A stretch of 64,000 nt of DNA from Deferribacterales bacterium (GTDB lineage: Bacteria; Chrysiogenota; Deferribacteres; Deferribacterales; Geovibrionaceae). The DNA lies in contig JBFWJS010000003.1 in NCBI GenBank assembly GCA_050253075.1, positions 245,458 through 309,457 on the forward strand, read 5' to 3'. Both the position numbers and the translations under genes were made by a program. Shown piece after piece: positions 20,842 through 32,027 of the stretch. The notes under the pieces are model-generated. The model was given only the letters and a program-made list of their open reading frames with translations. It made no database searches and had not been told where the DNA came from. Each line of letters begins with the position of its first letter. Positions within the stretch are counted from its first letter, which is position 1.

Positions 20842-22188
20842 TTAAGCATTCAGGACGTTTATGAAGTTGTTGTTTTGTTGACAGACTCTATTGGAGAAAA
20901 TGTTGTCTCTGAATTCGTTGAACTCGTCCATTGCCTCATTCTGAAAAGCTCTGCGTGCTTCGAAGACCACGTCATAGTTTTCAATGAGAATCTCAAGGAT
21001 CTCTTCGTCCAGCTTCCCTTCTTCGCACATGTTTTTCATCATTGCTATAAGGTTATCTTTCGGTTCGCACTTTCGGTAAGGGCGTTCCTCCGTCATAGCG
21101 GTGAAGATGTCTGCGATGGTCATTATCCTGCTGCCTGTACAGAGCTTTTTCCCTCCGATGTGGAAAGGATAGCCCGAGCCGTCGAGGAACTCATGGTGAA
21201 ATGAAGCCCAGTCCTTGATAGTTTCGAATATCTGGAATGAGTTAAGGATAGTATATGTGAAGTATGGATGCTTTCTGACCGTCTGCATCTCGTCGTATGT
21301 AAGTTTGTCATTTTTATAAAGTACTTCTGAAGGTATTGCCAGCTTGCCTATGTCGTGCAGATAGCCCGCTATCATCGATGCCTTTGTTTCCAGCTCGTCC
21401 ATGCCGCACAGCTTCGCCAGCGTGCTGGCTACGGCTGCCACCCCTGCGGAGTGTGTGGCAGTGAATATGCAGCGGAAGTCGATTATGCGGCTGAGGAGCT
21501 TCGCAGTCTCCAGCATGTCGTCCATGTCCATATTCATATGTGTAAAGTTAAAGCCGTATTTTATGAGTGGATATTTCTCCTGCTCCTCGATGTCGAACCA
21601 GAAGTGTTCCTTATCCGCCATCCTGAGGAAGGCTGCTATATGCCCGTGGTGAAACTTGTTTTCGCCCGAGCGTCTGATACGTTCGATGACGTATTCTCGC
21701 TGTTCGAGGGCAGGTTTGTCCCTGTGGAGCAGAATGTCCACCCTGTCTGCGAGGTGTATCACGTGTGCAAGCTCAGGCACTTCTTCTTTCCCGCCGAGCA
21801 GGTTGTCCTCTATTTTATAAGGAGTATGATGATACTTGACCAGTTTTGCGACGTCGGGGAAAATCTTGAAATCCTTTAAAAGGTAAAACCCTACCAGAAC
21901 GTGGCTGAGCTCCTTTTCATAGGTTTCTTCCTCGCCTGCGAGCTCGTGGAACTCTTTCTCCACCACGACGCCTATGTCGTGTATGAGTGACGCAAGGATG
22001 ACATTTTCGATCTCTGCGTCGCCGTATCCCATCTCTTTGGCTATGCTGCCCGCTATGAAAGCGACCCGCTGATGGTGATTATTTATCAGAGGATTAACGA
22101 GATCGAGAGCTTTAGACAGAGCGTATGCAATGTCGAACGTTGTCGTAATGTATTTATCGTAAAACTGATTTTTACAAGTTATTTTCAT
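20842..22188 (-). CDS. double HD-GYP domain phosphodiesterase
   Basis: Two HDIG motifs; HHEFLDGSGYP; ADIFTAMTEERPYR. Confidence 0.9.
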   Translation of the reverse strand: MKITCKNQFYDKYITTTFDIAYALSKALDLVNPLINNHHQRVAFIAGSIAKEMGYGDAEIENVILASLIHDIGVVVEKEFHELAGEEETYEKELSHVLVGFYLLKDFKIFPDVAKLVKYHHTPYKIEDNLLGGKEEVPELAHVIHLADRVDILLHRDKPALEQREYVIERIRRSGENKFHHGHIAAFLRMADKEHFWFDIEEQEKYPLIKYGFNFTHMNMDMDDMLETAKLLSRIIDFRCIFTATHSAGVAAVASTLAKLCGMDELETKASMIAGYLHDIGKLAIPSEVLYKNDKLTYDEMQTVRKHPYFTYTILNSFQIFETIKDWASFHHEFLDGSGYPFHIGGKKLCTGSRIMTIADIFTAMTEERPYRKCEPKDNLIAMMKNMCEEGKLDEEILEILIENYDVVFEARRAFQNEAMDEFNEFRDNIFSNRVCQQNNNFINVLNA

Positions 22189-22305
22189 AGGATAATTTAT
22201 ATCATAACCTGCACTAAAAACAACCTGAAAAAAAGCCTAAGAACGGTTGAAAACATTACAGAAGTGTTCTAATATTAGCATCCGATATAAATCTCAGGAG
22301 ATAAG

Positions 22306-23757
22306 ATGAGCAATTCAGACATACGTGTCCGTTTCGCACCCTCACCGACAGGATATCTGCACGTGGGCGGAGCGAGGACAGCACTTTTCAATTACCTTTT
22401 CGCTAAAGCTACAGGGGGCAGGTTCCTCCTCAGGATAGAAGATACCGACAGAACCAGATTTCAGGAAGATTCTCTCAAGGAGATTTTCGAAAGCCTTAGA
22501 TGGCTCGGGCTCGAGTGGGATGAAGGTCCTGAAAAGGACGGCGGATACGGTCCGTACATTCAGTCTGAAAGGCTCCCGATATATAAAGAACACGCAGAAA
22601 AGCTCCTCGCCGAAGGACATGCCTACAAATGCTTCTGCACATCCGAACGCCTCGAAGAAATGCGTAAGGAAAAAGAAGCACGCAAAGAGCAGCACGGCGG
22701 ATACGACAGACACTGCCGTGACCTCACCCCTGCGGAAGTGCAGGAGAATATCGACGCAGGCAAACCTTATGTAATAAGGCTGAAAGCTCCGCTGGACGGC
22801 GCTATCGCCTTTGAGGATATGGTGCGCGGCATCATCGAGACACCTGCAAATATGATAGACGACACCGTCCTGCTGAAAACTGACGGATTCCCCACATATC
22901 ACCTTGCATCCGTCGTGGACGACCATTTTATGAAGATATCCCACGTTATGCGTGGAGACGAGTGGATAGCATCCACCCCACGCCACGTACTTCTCTATAA
23001 AGCATTCGGATGGGAAGCACCTATATTCGCACACCTTCCCGTTATCCTCTCTCCATCAGGCGGAAAGCTCTCAAAGCGTAAAGGCGCGGCTTCCGTTATG
23101 GATTATAAAAAAGCGGGCTACCTCCCCGAGGCGCTCGTGAACTTCCTCTCTCTCCTCGGCTGGAACCCCGGCGACGACAGAGAGATCATGCCTCTGGCGG
23201 ATGTTATCGAGGCATTCTCGGCTAAAAAGATATCATCAAAACCCGCAGTCTTCGACGAGCAGAAGCTCGAGTGGATGAACGGCCAATATATGGAGAACTA
23301 CCCTGCCGAAAAGATAGCCGAAGAGGTTATTCCTATGTGGCAGGAGAGGGGGCTCGCAGTTGACGATACTGCGTATGCCGTTGGCGTTGTTAAACTCCTG
23401 CAGAACAGATGTAAAAAAGTGACAGAGCTCGCCGAAACAGCAGACTACTTCTTCAAAGACCCTGAAGGGTATGACGAGAAGCAGGCAGGAAAGCAGTTCA
23501 CCTCAGCGGTGAAACCTGCTCTGGATAAGCTGGTGGCGGCTCTCCCTGCGCTCAGCGGATGGCAGAGGGATATGGTCGAGGCCGTATTCAAGGCTGTCGC
23601 TGCAGAGCTCGAGATGTCACCCGGTAAGATAAACCCTGCGGTAAGGCTCGCCGTGACAGGCGTGGGCGGTGGCCCTGACCTTTTCGATATGCTTAACCAT
23701 CTCGGACAGGACTGCACGATACGCAGGATCAAAAAAGCATCAGAATTTATAGGATAA
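22306..23757 (+). CDS. gltX: glutamate--tRNA ligase
   Basis: [26 protein letters not shown]. Confidence 0.97.
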   Translation: MSNSDIRVRFAPSPTGYLHVGGARTALFNYLFAKATGGRFLLRIEDTDRTRFQEDSLKEIFESLRWLGLEWDEGPEKDGGYGPYIQSERLPIYKEHAEKLLAEGHAYKCFCTSERLEEMRKEKEARKEQHGGYDRHCRDLTPAEVQENIDAGKPYVIRLKAPLDGAIAFEDMVRGIIETPANMIDDTVLLKTDGFPTYHLASVVDDHFMKISHVMRGDEWIASTPRHVLLYKAFGWEAPIFAHLPVILSPSGGKLSKRKGAASVMDYKKAGYLPEALVNFLSLLGWNPGDDREIMPLADVIEAFSAKKISSKPAVFDEQKLEWMNGQYMENYPAEKIAEEVIPMWQERGLAVDDTAYAVGVVKLLQNRCKKVTELAETADYFFKDPEGYDEKQAGKQFTSAVKPALDKLVAALPALSGWQRDMVEAVFKAVAAELEMSPGKINPAVRLAVTGVGGGPDLFDMLNHLGQDCTIRRIKKASEFIG

Positions 23758-23761
23758 ACAG

Positions 23762-25435
23762 ATGGAAGAGATAAAGGCTTCTAACTTTATAAAAAATATA
23801 ATCAGAAAAGACCTCGAAGACGGGAAGAACGACGGACGTGTACACACACGTTTCCCGCCTGAGCCGAACGGATATCTGCACATCGGACACGCAAAGTCCA
23901 TATGCCTGAACTTCGGCGTTGCAGGGGAATTCGGCGGAAAGTGCAACCTGCGCTTTGACGACACAAACCCTGTGAAGGAAGATACCGAATACGTCGAATC
24001 CATTCAGGAGGACGTGAAGTGGCTCGGCTTCGACTGGGAAGACAGGCTCTTTTTCGCATCCGACTATTTCGACAGGTTTTATGAGCTCGCCGTGCAGCTT
24101 GTGAAAGGCGGCAAAGCATATGTGGATAACCAGACCCCCGAAGAGATCAAGCAGAACAGAGGAACTCTTCAGGAGCCCGGTACAGACAGCCCGTACAGAG
24201 GCAGAACACCAGAGGAAAACCTCGAACTGCTGGAAAAGATGAAAAACGGAGAATTCGCCGAGGGTGAATGTGTACTCCGTGCAAAGATAGATATGTCATC
24301 TCCGAACATGAACATGCGTGACCCTATCATCTACCGCATAGCCCACGCAGAACACCACAGAACAGGCGACAAGTGGTGCATATACCCTATGTACGACTTC
24401 GCCCACGGGCTGGAGGACTCCATAGAGGGGATCACACATTCCATATGTACCCTTGAGTTCGAGGACCACAGACCCCTTTACGACTGGTTCCTTGAGGAGC
24501 TCGGTGTTTTCCACCCGCAGCAGATAGAATTTGCCAGACTGAATCTCACATATACAATGATGAGCAAGCGTAACCTGCTCACACTGGTGAACGAAGGGTA
24601 CGTCAGCGGATGGGACGACCCGAGGATGCCTACCATCGCAGGCCTCCGCAGAAGGGGCTATACACCTGCATCTATCAGGAACTTTTCCGAGATGATAGGT
24701 GTTTCCAAAGCGAACTCCATCGTGGAGTACGCACAGCTCGAATACTGCGTTCGTGAAGACCTGAACAAGGTTGCCCAGAGGGTGATGGTGGTCACTGACC
24801 CGCTGAAGGTCGTGATAACGAACTACCCCGAGGACAAAGAAGAGCTCCTCGATGCTGAAAATAACCCTGAGAATGAAGCAGACGGAAACAGACAGATACC
24901 TTTCTGCCGTGAGATATATATAGAGCGTGACGACTTCATGGAGAACCCTCCGAAGAAGTACTTCAGACTTGCCCCAGGGCAGGAACTGCGCCTCAAACAC
25001 GCATACTACATCACATGTGATGAAGTGATAAAAGATGAAAACGGCGAGATAGTAGAGCTGAGATGCTCATACGACCCTGCCAGCAGAGGCGGATGGACAG
25101 ACGACGGCCGAAGAGTGAAGGGGACAGCCCATTGGGTTTCCGCCAGACACTACATAGAGGCAGAAGTCCGCATGTATGATCACCTATTCACAATACCAAA
25201 CCCCGGACGTAAGAAGAAGGGTGAGGTATTCACCGATAATATAAACCCCGACTCGCTTCAGGTAGTGAAAGCCTATGCCGAGCCGTCACTCGCAGACGTG
25301 AAACCTATGCAGAGCTATCAGTTCCTGCGTATAGGATATTTCACCGGCGATAAGGACTCTACGGCGGGCAAGCCTGTTTTCAACAAAACAGTAGGCCTGA
25401 AAGACACCTGGGCAAAGGTTCAGGGTAAAGATTAA
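23762..25435 (+). CDS. glnS: glutamine--tRNA ligase
   Basis: [37 protein letters not shown]. Confidence 0.97.
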   Translation: MEEIKASNFIKNIIRKDLEDGKNDGRVHTRFPPEPNGYLHIGHAKSICLNFGVAGEFGGKCNLRFDDTNPVKEDTEYVESIQEDVKWLGFDWEDRLFFASDYFDRFYELAVQLVKGGKAYVDNQTPEEIKQNRGTLQEPGTDSPYRGRTPEENLELLEKMKNGEFAEGECVLRAKIDMSSPNMNMRDPIIYRIAHAEHHRTGDKWCIYPMYDFAHGLEDSIEGITHSICTLEFEDHRPLYDWFLEELGVFHPQQIEFARLNLTYTMMSKRNLLTLVNEGYVSGWDDPRMPTIAGLRRRGYTPASIRNFSEMIGVSKANSIVEYAQLEYCVREDLNKVAQRVMVVTDPLKVVITNYPEDKEELLDAENNPENEADGNRQIPFCREIYIERDDFMENPPKKYFRLAPGQELRLKHAYYITCDEVIKDENGEIVELRCSYDPASRGGWTDDGRRVKGTAHWVSARHYIEAEVRMYDHLFTIPNPGRKKKGEVFTDNINPDSLQVVKAYAEPSLADVKPMQSYQFLRIGYFTGDKDSTAGKPVFNKTVGLKDTWAKVQGKD

Positions 25436-25441
25436 ACAGAT

Positions 25442-25468
25442 AAGCCGCTCATTTGAGCGGCTTTTTTT
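25442..25468 (+). terminator. Rho-independent terminator after glnS
   Basis: AAGCCGCTC-ATTT-GAGCGGCTTTTTTT. Confidence 0.85.
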
Positions 25469-25517
25469 ATGTACTTATTATGTCATTCTGAGCGTAAGAA
25501 GAGAGCCTGTTAAAACC

Positions 25518-25814
25518 TTAAAGAAAGTGTCTGAAAATGTTGATGGCCAATATTCCCGCACCGAGGCATACGAGCAGGTTCATCCTGCGCAGTGCCAGTA
25601 TCAGCACCACAACGCAGGAGAGGTATTCCGCAATTCCGCCGTTTATGATGTCGGGGATGATGATGGATATGATGATAGCCACAGGGATGCCCGAAAGAGC
25701 AGCCTTAAATCTGGGCGTCATCTGAAACCTGCTGGCGATGAATATGCCCGAGGCTCTTGTTATGTATGTCGCTATCCCCATGCCGAGGATGGTCAGTATG
25801 CTACTTGTGTTCAT
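25518..25814 (-). CDS. AzlD-family membrane protein
   Basis: MGIATYITR motif; overlaps the AzlC gene. Confidence 0.8.
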   Translation of the reverse strand: MNTSSILTILGMGIATYITRASGIFIASRFQMTPRFKAALSGIPVAIIISIIIPDIINGGIAEYLSCVVVLILALRRMNLLVCLGAGILAINIFRHFL

Positions 25815-26478
25815 ATGAAATCCATCCCGCTATACCGCCTGCGATACCGCCCGCCAGTATGTACCATTTGCCCGCCACCAGCTTATACGTGATAACGGCG
25901 AATATGACGGCTGCTGCTATTATAGGTATGTCCTTTCTGCCTCTGTAGCTGCCTACTGCGATGGTTAGGAACATAGCCGTAAGGGTGAAGTCTATGCCTA
26001 TGGCCTCAGGCGAAGGAACGAGAGCCCCCATAGTGCGCCCGAGCATAGCCGACGACAGCCATAGAACATAATTTATAACACCTGTGCCGAGCAGAAACCC
26101 AATCCGCTGACGCCCCTTTGAAAACTCGCTCATGGAGAGAGCCCATCCTTCATCTATCATAAAGAAAGATGAGAAATATACAAACCACGGCTTCTCGTTC
26201 ATTGCATAAGGATAAACAGATGCAGACATGATCATGTGTCGTAAGTTTATGATAAGTGTAGAAACTATAAGCATAAATATAGGCAGTGGATGCTGCCACA
26301 GGTCTAGTGCCAGTATCTGTGAAACACCCGCATATACCACAAGACAGGACATTATTGTCTCCGGCGTTGTGAGGATATTCTGGGTGAGTATGCCGTATAC
26401 CACGCCGTATGTGCCTACGCCGAGGGCAAGGGGGAAGCCCATTACTATACCGTTTTTGAATGATTGAAAATTTGTCAT
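25801..26478 (-). CDS. AzlC-family branched-chain amino acid permease
   Basis: VYAGVSQ, INLRH..MSAS, IDEGWA, GIDF motifs. Confidence 0.88.
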   Translation of the reverse strand: MTNFQSFKNGIVMGFPLALGVGTYGVVYGILTQNILTTPETIMSCLVVYAGVSQILALDLWQHPLPIFMLIVSTLIINLRHMIMSASVYPYAMNEKPWFVYFSSFFMIDEGWALSMSEFSKGRQRIGFLLGTGVINYVLWLSSAMLGRTMGALVPSPEAIGIDFTLTAMFLTIAVGSYRGRKDIPIIAAAVIFAVITYKLVAGKWYILAGGIAGGIAGWISYEHK

Positions 26479-26524
26479 GGTGAGAGAATATATCACAAAA
26501 ATCGGGAAGGATTGAATAAAATTG

Positions 26525-27325
26525 CTATTTTCTGACTATGCAGCTCGGCGGTGTACCGTATATCTTTTTATAGGCTCTGGTGAAGTGCGCCTGATCGGCG
26601 AATCCGCACTCTGTCGCTATGTCTGCTATGGTCGTATCCGTGGTGAATATCATCCTGCGGGCACGCTCTATCCGCAGTATGTTCAGATATGCGTGGGGTG
26701 TGATGCCTGTTGCTTCTCTGAATGAACGGATGAAGTGAAATTTGCTCATGTTGGCGTTGGATGCCAGCTCGTCCAGAGTCAGTTTTTCCGATGAGAGGGC
26801 ATTCATCTGTTCTATCGCTTTCTTTATGCCGTATGGATTGGCATAGAGCTTCTGTACGCTTCTTTCGCTCTCCTTTGCAAAGAGAAGTCCCAGCAGGGAC
26901 TGAAAGGACTGCTCACGCTCCATGTCGCAGTCTGCGTGCAGTATGCCCGAATATATCTTTTCAAGCTCCTGCCTGTATTCCGTGTCGTTCTTTATGGCAC
27001 CGCCGAAGACCAGCTCTTTGGTGTTCAGCTCGTTTTCTGCTATGAATTTATCTGCTGTTTTTATGTCGAATAGTATCACCAGCTGATTCCAGCCTTCTTC
27101 CGTCAGGCTTGTTCCGCTGTGTACTTCGCCCGGGTTCATCACGGCGAGGTTAGACCTGTCGAGCACGCCTTTTTCATGTGCTGTAGCAAAGTTTTTTGCT
27201 CCGCCTGAGAGCATTGCCACAGAGTATGTCTCATGGTAATGCTTGGGGAAGTAATGATACTTCTGATCCGTATACAGTAGGTGAGTGTTGTTGCCGTCGA
27301 GGGACAGGGTTTTGACAGGTTTCAT
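26525..27325 (-). CDS. AraC-family transcriptional regulator
   Basis: Cupin FPKHYHE..NPGEVH; HTH SKFHFIRSF...GFADQAHFTR. Confidence 0.92.
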   Translation of the reverse strand: MKPVKTLSLDGNNTHLLYTDQKYHYFPKHYHETYSVAMLSGGAKNFATAHEKGVLDRSNLAVMNPGEVHSGTSLTEEGWNQLVILFDIKTADKFIAENELNTKELVFGGAIKNDTEYRQELEKIYSGILHADCDMEREQSFQSLLGLLFAKESERSVQKLYANPYGIKKAIEQMNALSSEKLTLDELASNANMSKFHFIRSFREATGITPHAYLNILRIERARRMIFTTDTTIADIATECGFADQAHFTRAYKKIYGTPPSCIVRK

Positions 27326-27945
27326 CTTTTACTGAGTGCGAGGGCAACCCCGAGCCCTATCAGGACAGTGCCCGCCACCTTGTTTAAAATACCTGAGCCG
27401 TTATCCTTCTTTTTAAGCAGTTCGCCTATCTGCCCTGAAAAGAGGGCGCATGACGAAAATACTATGAATGTGCATATGATGAATACGCATCCGAGCAGAG
27501 CCATCTGCATCGCCTCGTGTCCGTTCTGCGAGCGGATGAACTGAGGGAAGAGGGCGATGAAGAATATCGCCACCTTCGGGTTCAGTATGTTTGCCGTTAC
27601 GCTTTGTATGAATACGGTTTTAGGAGCGAGCAGCTTATTATCCTTTGCGGCTTTGGCTGCTCCGCTCTTAAAGATCTTTATGCCGATGTAGATCAGATAC
27701 AGCGCTCCCGCTATCTTTATCGCCGTGAATGCCACCGCAGATGCCTTTATAATGGCGGATACGCCTACAATGGCTAGTGTGGTGTGCACTATATTTCCGA
27801 GAGAGAAGCCCGCAGCGGCAGCCATTGCCGATGCACGCCCCTGTGTGAGTCCTCTTGTTATCACATAGATGATGTCGGGGCCGGGGGTAGCCGCCAGAAG
27901 TATGGCGGTAGTAGCGAAAAGTATTATCTGATCTGTCTGAAGCAT
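27322..27945 (-). CDS. LysE/RhtB-family amino acid exporter
   Basis: TPGPD, GALYLIYIG, NILNPKVAIFF. Confidence 0.9.
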   Translation of the reverse strand: MLQTDQIILFATTAILLAATPGPDIIYVITRGLTQGRASAMAAAAGFSLGNIVHTTLAIVGVSAIIKASAVAFTAIKIAGALYLIYIGIKIFKSGAAKAAKDNKLLAPKTVFIQSVTANILNPKVAIFFIALFPQFIRSQNGHEAMQMALLGCVFIICTFIVFSSCALFSGQIGELLKKKDNGSGILNKVAGTVLIGLGVALALSKR

Positions 27946-27948
27946 GTA

Positions 27949-28974
27949 TTACTCCGGCTGTGCAAGGACAGCGTGTTTTTTAGTATAATAGACAGAATCT
28001 GTGGTGAGAACATCCCACTCGGCTTCTTTCAGCAGTACTGCACAGTCGCCGACAGACATCCCTCTGCCTTCCTCTGTTTTTTCCTTAGTATCTCTCGGGT
28101 TGCCTCCGCTCTCTGCCCAGAAGAGGTTAGCCCCTGCATATGCTCCCAGTACATTAGGCTCGTGGGTGCAATTGCCTATTACGCTTCTAGGTGTGGCGAG
28201 CCTTGTGACGGCGACTATCTGAGCAATGCGCAGCTCGGATATCATTCCGTATTTCTCAAGCTCGGAGCCCGGGATGGTGATGCGCCTCATAGCTCCGCTG
28301 AAAGCAGGGTCGAATGACGCAGCAAGGAGTATGTGTTCAGCTATCTGTTCGTTTGTGTGCTCGGGTCCTATCGGCTCTACGCATGTGCCGACGATGAGGC
28401 CTGCATCCTGAAAGTTTCTTATACTTTTAAGGCGCTGGTTTACAGATACCTTTGTGGATGAGCCTTCGCCCATTCTTATGGCGTGGTATACGCCGTGATA
28501 GCCTGCGTCCTTCATCTGCTGGGCACGCTTTTCGGACATATCGCCAACGTTAGCCACCATGTATGCGTTGTTCTTCATGGATTTTTTAACCTCTTTGGAG
28601 ATCTCCATAAATTTGCCGAAGTCATAATTTGCTGTCGTCATGAGAAAAACTGATGAATTCTCAGGTGTATCGTCAAATGCCTTCGCATATTCAAGACACT
28701 GCTCCACCGTGAGCTCTATCGGGTCTTTGAAAATGTCGTATTGGGAAGCAAATGAGCAGAATTCGCAGTTAACGGGGCATGGGGCAAGGTTCAGAGCGAA
28801 CTGACCGTGCACCTCTGCCTTATTTTCTGAAAGCTCACGGGAAAGCCTGCCGGCTTCGCCCATTATAAGAGCTGTTTCGATCGATGTTGTTGGGAAAGAG
28901 AGCATCTCCACCACTTCTTCTTTGGTGAATTGTTCTCCGCTGCGGGCTTTTTTGATAATATCATGTACGTCCAT
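27949..28974 (-). CDS. radical SAM protein (BioB/HydE/PylB-like TIM barrel), function unknown
   Basis: CPVNCEFC (CxxxCxxC); C-terminal AGAN motif; GGAGG SD. Confidence 0.8.
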   Translation of the reverse strand: MDVHDIIKKARSGEQFTKEEVVEMLSFPTTSIETALIMGEAGRLSRELSENKAEVHGQFALNLAPCPVNCEFCSFASQYDIFKDPIELTVEQCLEYAKAFDDTPENSSVFLMTTANYDFGKFMEISKEVKKSMKNNAYMVANVGDMSEKRAQQMKDAGYHGVYHAIRMGEGSSTKVSVNQRLKSIRNFQDAGLIVGTCVEPIGPEHTNEQIAEHILLAASFDPAFSGAMRRITIPGSELEKYGMISELRIAQIVAVTRLATPRSVIGNCTHEPNVLGAYAGANLFWAESGGNPRDTKEKTEEGRGMSVGDCAVLLKEAEWDVLTTDSVYYTKKHAVLAQPE

Positions 28975-29044
28975 ATAATAACTCCTCCGAAATCATAACG
29001 CATTATATCCATTAAGGAGAAATATTCAAAACAAATCGTAAAGG

Positions 29045-29926
29045 CTATGTGAGCATATGTTTGTTAGTTATCGCTTTGGTCATTGCATCCAGTGCCGTGG
29101 ACGATATATTCCACCTGTGCCAATAGAGCGGAGTTTCGATGGTGTGCGGTGCAAATGCATCTCTTAAAAGACCTTTTTGTTCCAAACCTGCGCACTGCAT
29201 GTAGGGCATCATGCCTATGCCGAAGCCTCTGAGCACCGCATCGATATATTTGCTGAAGTCGGGCATATACATAAAGGGGAATTCCGTCGGCGGGTTTTTA
29301 AATGCCTTTTTGAATATCTGATGCTGAAGGGTATCCTTGTCGTTATAGATAATGACGGGTACGTCTCTGAGCGTCTCGGCGGTAAAGCCGTTTACGAAAT
29401 GCTTTTCATAAACATCGGGAGATGCGTACATCTTATACGTCATGACGCCGAGCAGGGTGCAGCTGCACGACTGGAAAGGTTTGCTCCGTGTGCTGATACA
29501 TGCTGAAACTTCACCGTCCTTCATCATACGGTGTGTCTCTTCCTGATCGTCTACGTATAGCTGAAGGAGGATATTATTCCTCTTTACGGTTCCTTCCACA
29601 GCGTCGAAAAACCATGTGCAGAGGCTGTCTGCGTTCAGTCCTATGGACACGGCCGTATAGCCTGCGGAGTCCTTATGCAGGAGCCTGTTGTCCAGCTCGG
29701 TTTCGAGCATCTGCACTTTCTTAAAGTGTGTGATGAGCTCACGCCCTGCGTCGGTGGGCTCCGGTGGATTTGAGCGGACGAGGAGTATCTGTCCGATGGT
29801 CTCCTCCAGCTGGCGCACTCTCTGCGACACGGCAGACTGTGTGAGGTGGAGCACCTTTGACGCCTTTTCAAATCCGCCGTTTTCCACGACAGCCGTAAAT
29901 GCTTCTAAAAGTTTATAATCATGCAT
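29045..29926 (-). CDS. argP: ArgP/LysG-type LysR regulator
   Basis: LHLTQSAVSQRV, NADSL..WF, PLYWHRW; divergent from an ArgO-like exporter. Confidence 0.88.
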   Translation of the reverse strand: MHDYKLLEAFTAVVENGGFEKASKVLHLTQSAVSQRVRQLEETIGQILLVRSNPPEPTDAGRELITHFKKVQMLETELDNRLLHKDSAGYTAVSIGLNADSLCTWFFDAVEGTVKRNNILLQLYVDDQEETHRMMKDGEVSACISTRSKPFQSCSCTLLGVMTYKMYASPDVYEKHFVNGFTAETLRDVPVIIYNDKDTLQHQIFKKAFKNPPTEFPFMYMPDFSKYIDAVLRGFGIGMMPYMQCAGLEQKGLLRDAFAPHTIETPLYWHRWNISSTALDAMTKAITNKHMLT

Positions 29927-30031
29927 AAATATATATTAGCAAATCTTATGAGATATAAAAACAATTAATTTTACTTTTTAGAAAACGGCCTGTATCTTAG
30001 CGACCAGAGTAATAACAGGGAGCCTTTAAGG

Positions 30032-30634
30032 ATGTACTACACAGCCTTTCTGACAGGGATGGGAACCAGCGCAGGGCTTATCATAGCCATAGGTGCGCAG
30101 AATGCGTATCTGCTGACCCAGAGTGTTCGAAAGAACCACCACATAACCATAGCATTGATTTGCGCAACATTTGATGTTTTGCTTATATCTGTCGGTGTGG
30201 CAGGGGTCGGTACATTCTTAAACGGCAACCCGCTGATGATGAATATCGCCGCATGGTGCGGTGCCCTGTTCCTCTTTACTTACGGCTTTATGTCTTTCCG
30301 CTCTGCCTTTCGCAGTAACAGCCTGAATGTGCTGAACAAGGCTGACGACAGCCTGAAGAAGGTCGTGGTGACTACTCTCGCCGTGACACTCCTTAACCCT
30401 CATGTATACATAGACACCATTGTGCTGATGGGTGGTATCTCCGCACAGTTTCAGGACAACGGCAGGCTTTACTATGCCATAGGTGCGTGTGTCGCCTCAT
30501 GTCTGTGGTTTTACCTGCTTGCATTTGCGGGCTCAAGGCTGCAGTCTTTCTTCAAAAGACCCTTCACATGGAAGATGCTCGACGGTGCCGTCGGCCTCAT
30601 TATGTGGTCTGTGGGAATATCTCTAATTATATAG
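30032..30634 (+). CDS. argO: LysE/ArgO-family arginine/lysine exporter
   Basis: LIIAIGAQNAY, TLLNPHVYIDT. Confidence 0.85.
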   Translation: MYYTAFLTGMGTSAGLIIAIGAQNAYLLTQSVRKNHHITIALICATFDVLLISVGVAGVGTFLNGNPLMMNIAAWCGALFLFTYGFMSFRSAFRSNSLNVLNKADDSLKKVVVTTLAVTLLNPHVYIDTIVLMGGISAQFQDNGRLYYAIGACVASCLWFYLLAFAGSRLQSFFKRPFTWKMLDGAVGLIMWSVGISLII

Positions 30635-30686
30635 ACTTTAAATTTTTCTCTTATCTGATATATTTATATGCAAAAGGTATGAATAT

Positions 30687-32027
30687 ATGATCGATATCAG
30701 ACGTGAACATCAGCTAAACGAAGGCATTACATATTTCGGCGGTCCCGTGATCTATTGGATGAGCCGTGATCAGCGTGTCCGTGACAACTGGGCACTGATA
30801 AAGGCGATACACCTCGCAGAGAGCAGACAGTCGTCTGTCGCCGTCGTTTTCTGCCTTATGCCGAACTATCCCAATGCGCAGAATCAGCACTTCCGTTTCA
30901 TGGCGGAGGGGCTTTGTGATGTAGATCACGAGCTCGAAGAACTTAAAATACCTTTCTTTATGCTCAGCGGAAATCCTGCGGAGGAGATCGTGAAATTCGC
31001 CCGTCAGGTCGGCGCAGGAGCTGTTGTCACAGACTTTTCCCCTTTGAAATTCAGCAGAAAGATGAAGAGCGACCTTGCAGACGTGCTGGATATCCCATTG
31101 ATAGAAGTAGATGCCCACAACATCGTGCCGTGCAGGATGGCAAGCCATAAGGAAGAGTTCGCCGCACGCACCATCAGACCGAAGATAAATAACCTTTTGC
31201 CTCAGTTCCTCGTGGATTTCCCCGATTTGAAGAGGCAGAAATTTGAGTGGAAGGGACACTCTGCCCACATAGACTGGGACAGGGTGATAGAGTCCTTCGG
31301 CGAGCCGAACAGGTTTTATCCCGCCGGGGTGAAGGCTGCGGATGATGTTCTGCGGAAGTTCCTCACCGGCCCGCTTAACGGATATAATGTAAAGAGGAAC
31401 GACCCGACGCTGAATCATCAGTCTCACCTGTCGCCTTATCTGCATTTCGGCAATATATCCGCACAGAGATGTGCTCTGGATGCCAGAGATGCCTTCTGGA
31501 GCGATGAGGACATAGACGCCTTTCTGGAAGAGCTGATAATCAGGCGGGAGCTTTCCGAAAACTATTGTTACTATAACGAGAACTATGACTCTGTGGAGGG
31601 GGCGCACGACTGGGCGAAGAAGACCATCGAAGCCCACAGGAACGACACAAGGGAATACATATACGGATATGACGAATTTGAACAGGCAAGGACACACGAC
31701 CCGCTGTGGAACGCAGCTCAGAAGGAGATGACCGTCACAGGGAAGATGCACGGATACATGCGTATGTACTGGGCAAAGAAGATACTGGAGTGGACGCCTG
31801 ATGTAGAGACGGCATTTGCCGCTGCGCTGTCGCTGAATGATAAATACTCTCTGGACGGGCGTGACCCGAACGGATATGTCGGCGTGGCGTGGTCCATCTG
31901 CGGGGTGCACGACAGAGCCTGGTTCGAAAGACCCGTATTTGGCAAGATACGCTATATGAACTTTAACGGATGCAAATCAAAGTTCAGCGTTTACACATAT
32001 ATAAACAATATAGAGAAACTGAAATGA
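30687..32027 (+). CDS. phr: class II CPD (deoxyribodipyrimidine) photolyase
   Basis: YWMSRDQRVRDNWAL, VDAHNIVP, SPYLHFG, GKMHGYMRMYWAKKILEW, DGRDPNG. Confidence 0.93.
   Translation: MIDIRREHQLNEGITYFGGPVIYWMSRDQRVRDNWALIKAIHLAESRQSSVAVVFCLMPNYPNAQNQHFRFMAEGLCDVDHELEELKIPFFMLSGNPAEEIVKFARQVGAGAVVTDFSPLKFSRKMKSDLADVLDIPLIEVDAHNIVPCRMASHKEEFAARTIRPKINNLLPQFLVDFPDLKRQKFEWKGHSAHIDWDRVIESFGEPNRFYPAGVKAADDVLRKFLTGPLNGYNVKRNDPTLNHQSHLSPYLHFGNISAQRCALDARDAFWSDEDIDAFLEELIIRRELSENYCYYNENYDSVEGAHDWAKKTIEAHRNDTREYIYGYDEFEQARTHDPLWNAAQKEMTVTGKMHGYMRMYWAKKILEWTPDVETAFAAALSLNDKYSLDGRDPNGYVGVAWSICGVHDRAWFERPVFGKIRYMNFNGCKSKFSVYTYINNIEKLK

Noticed and set aside
27949..28974. Radical SAM gene as pylB, explaining the amber codon in the MCP
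   Set aside because: No pylC/D/S/T nearby, motifs not recognisably PylB, and the TAG is a one-base change from a conserved Trp codon
30714..31910. Long antisense ORFs (398 aa here; also 49409-50164, 53775-54719 and others)
   Set aside because: They lie opposite well-supported genes, have no motifs, and are expected shadows of codon bias
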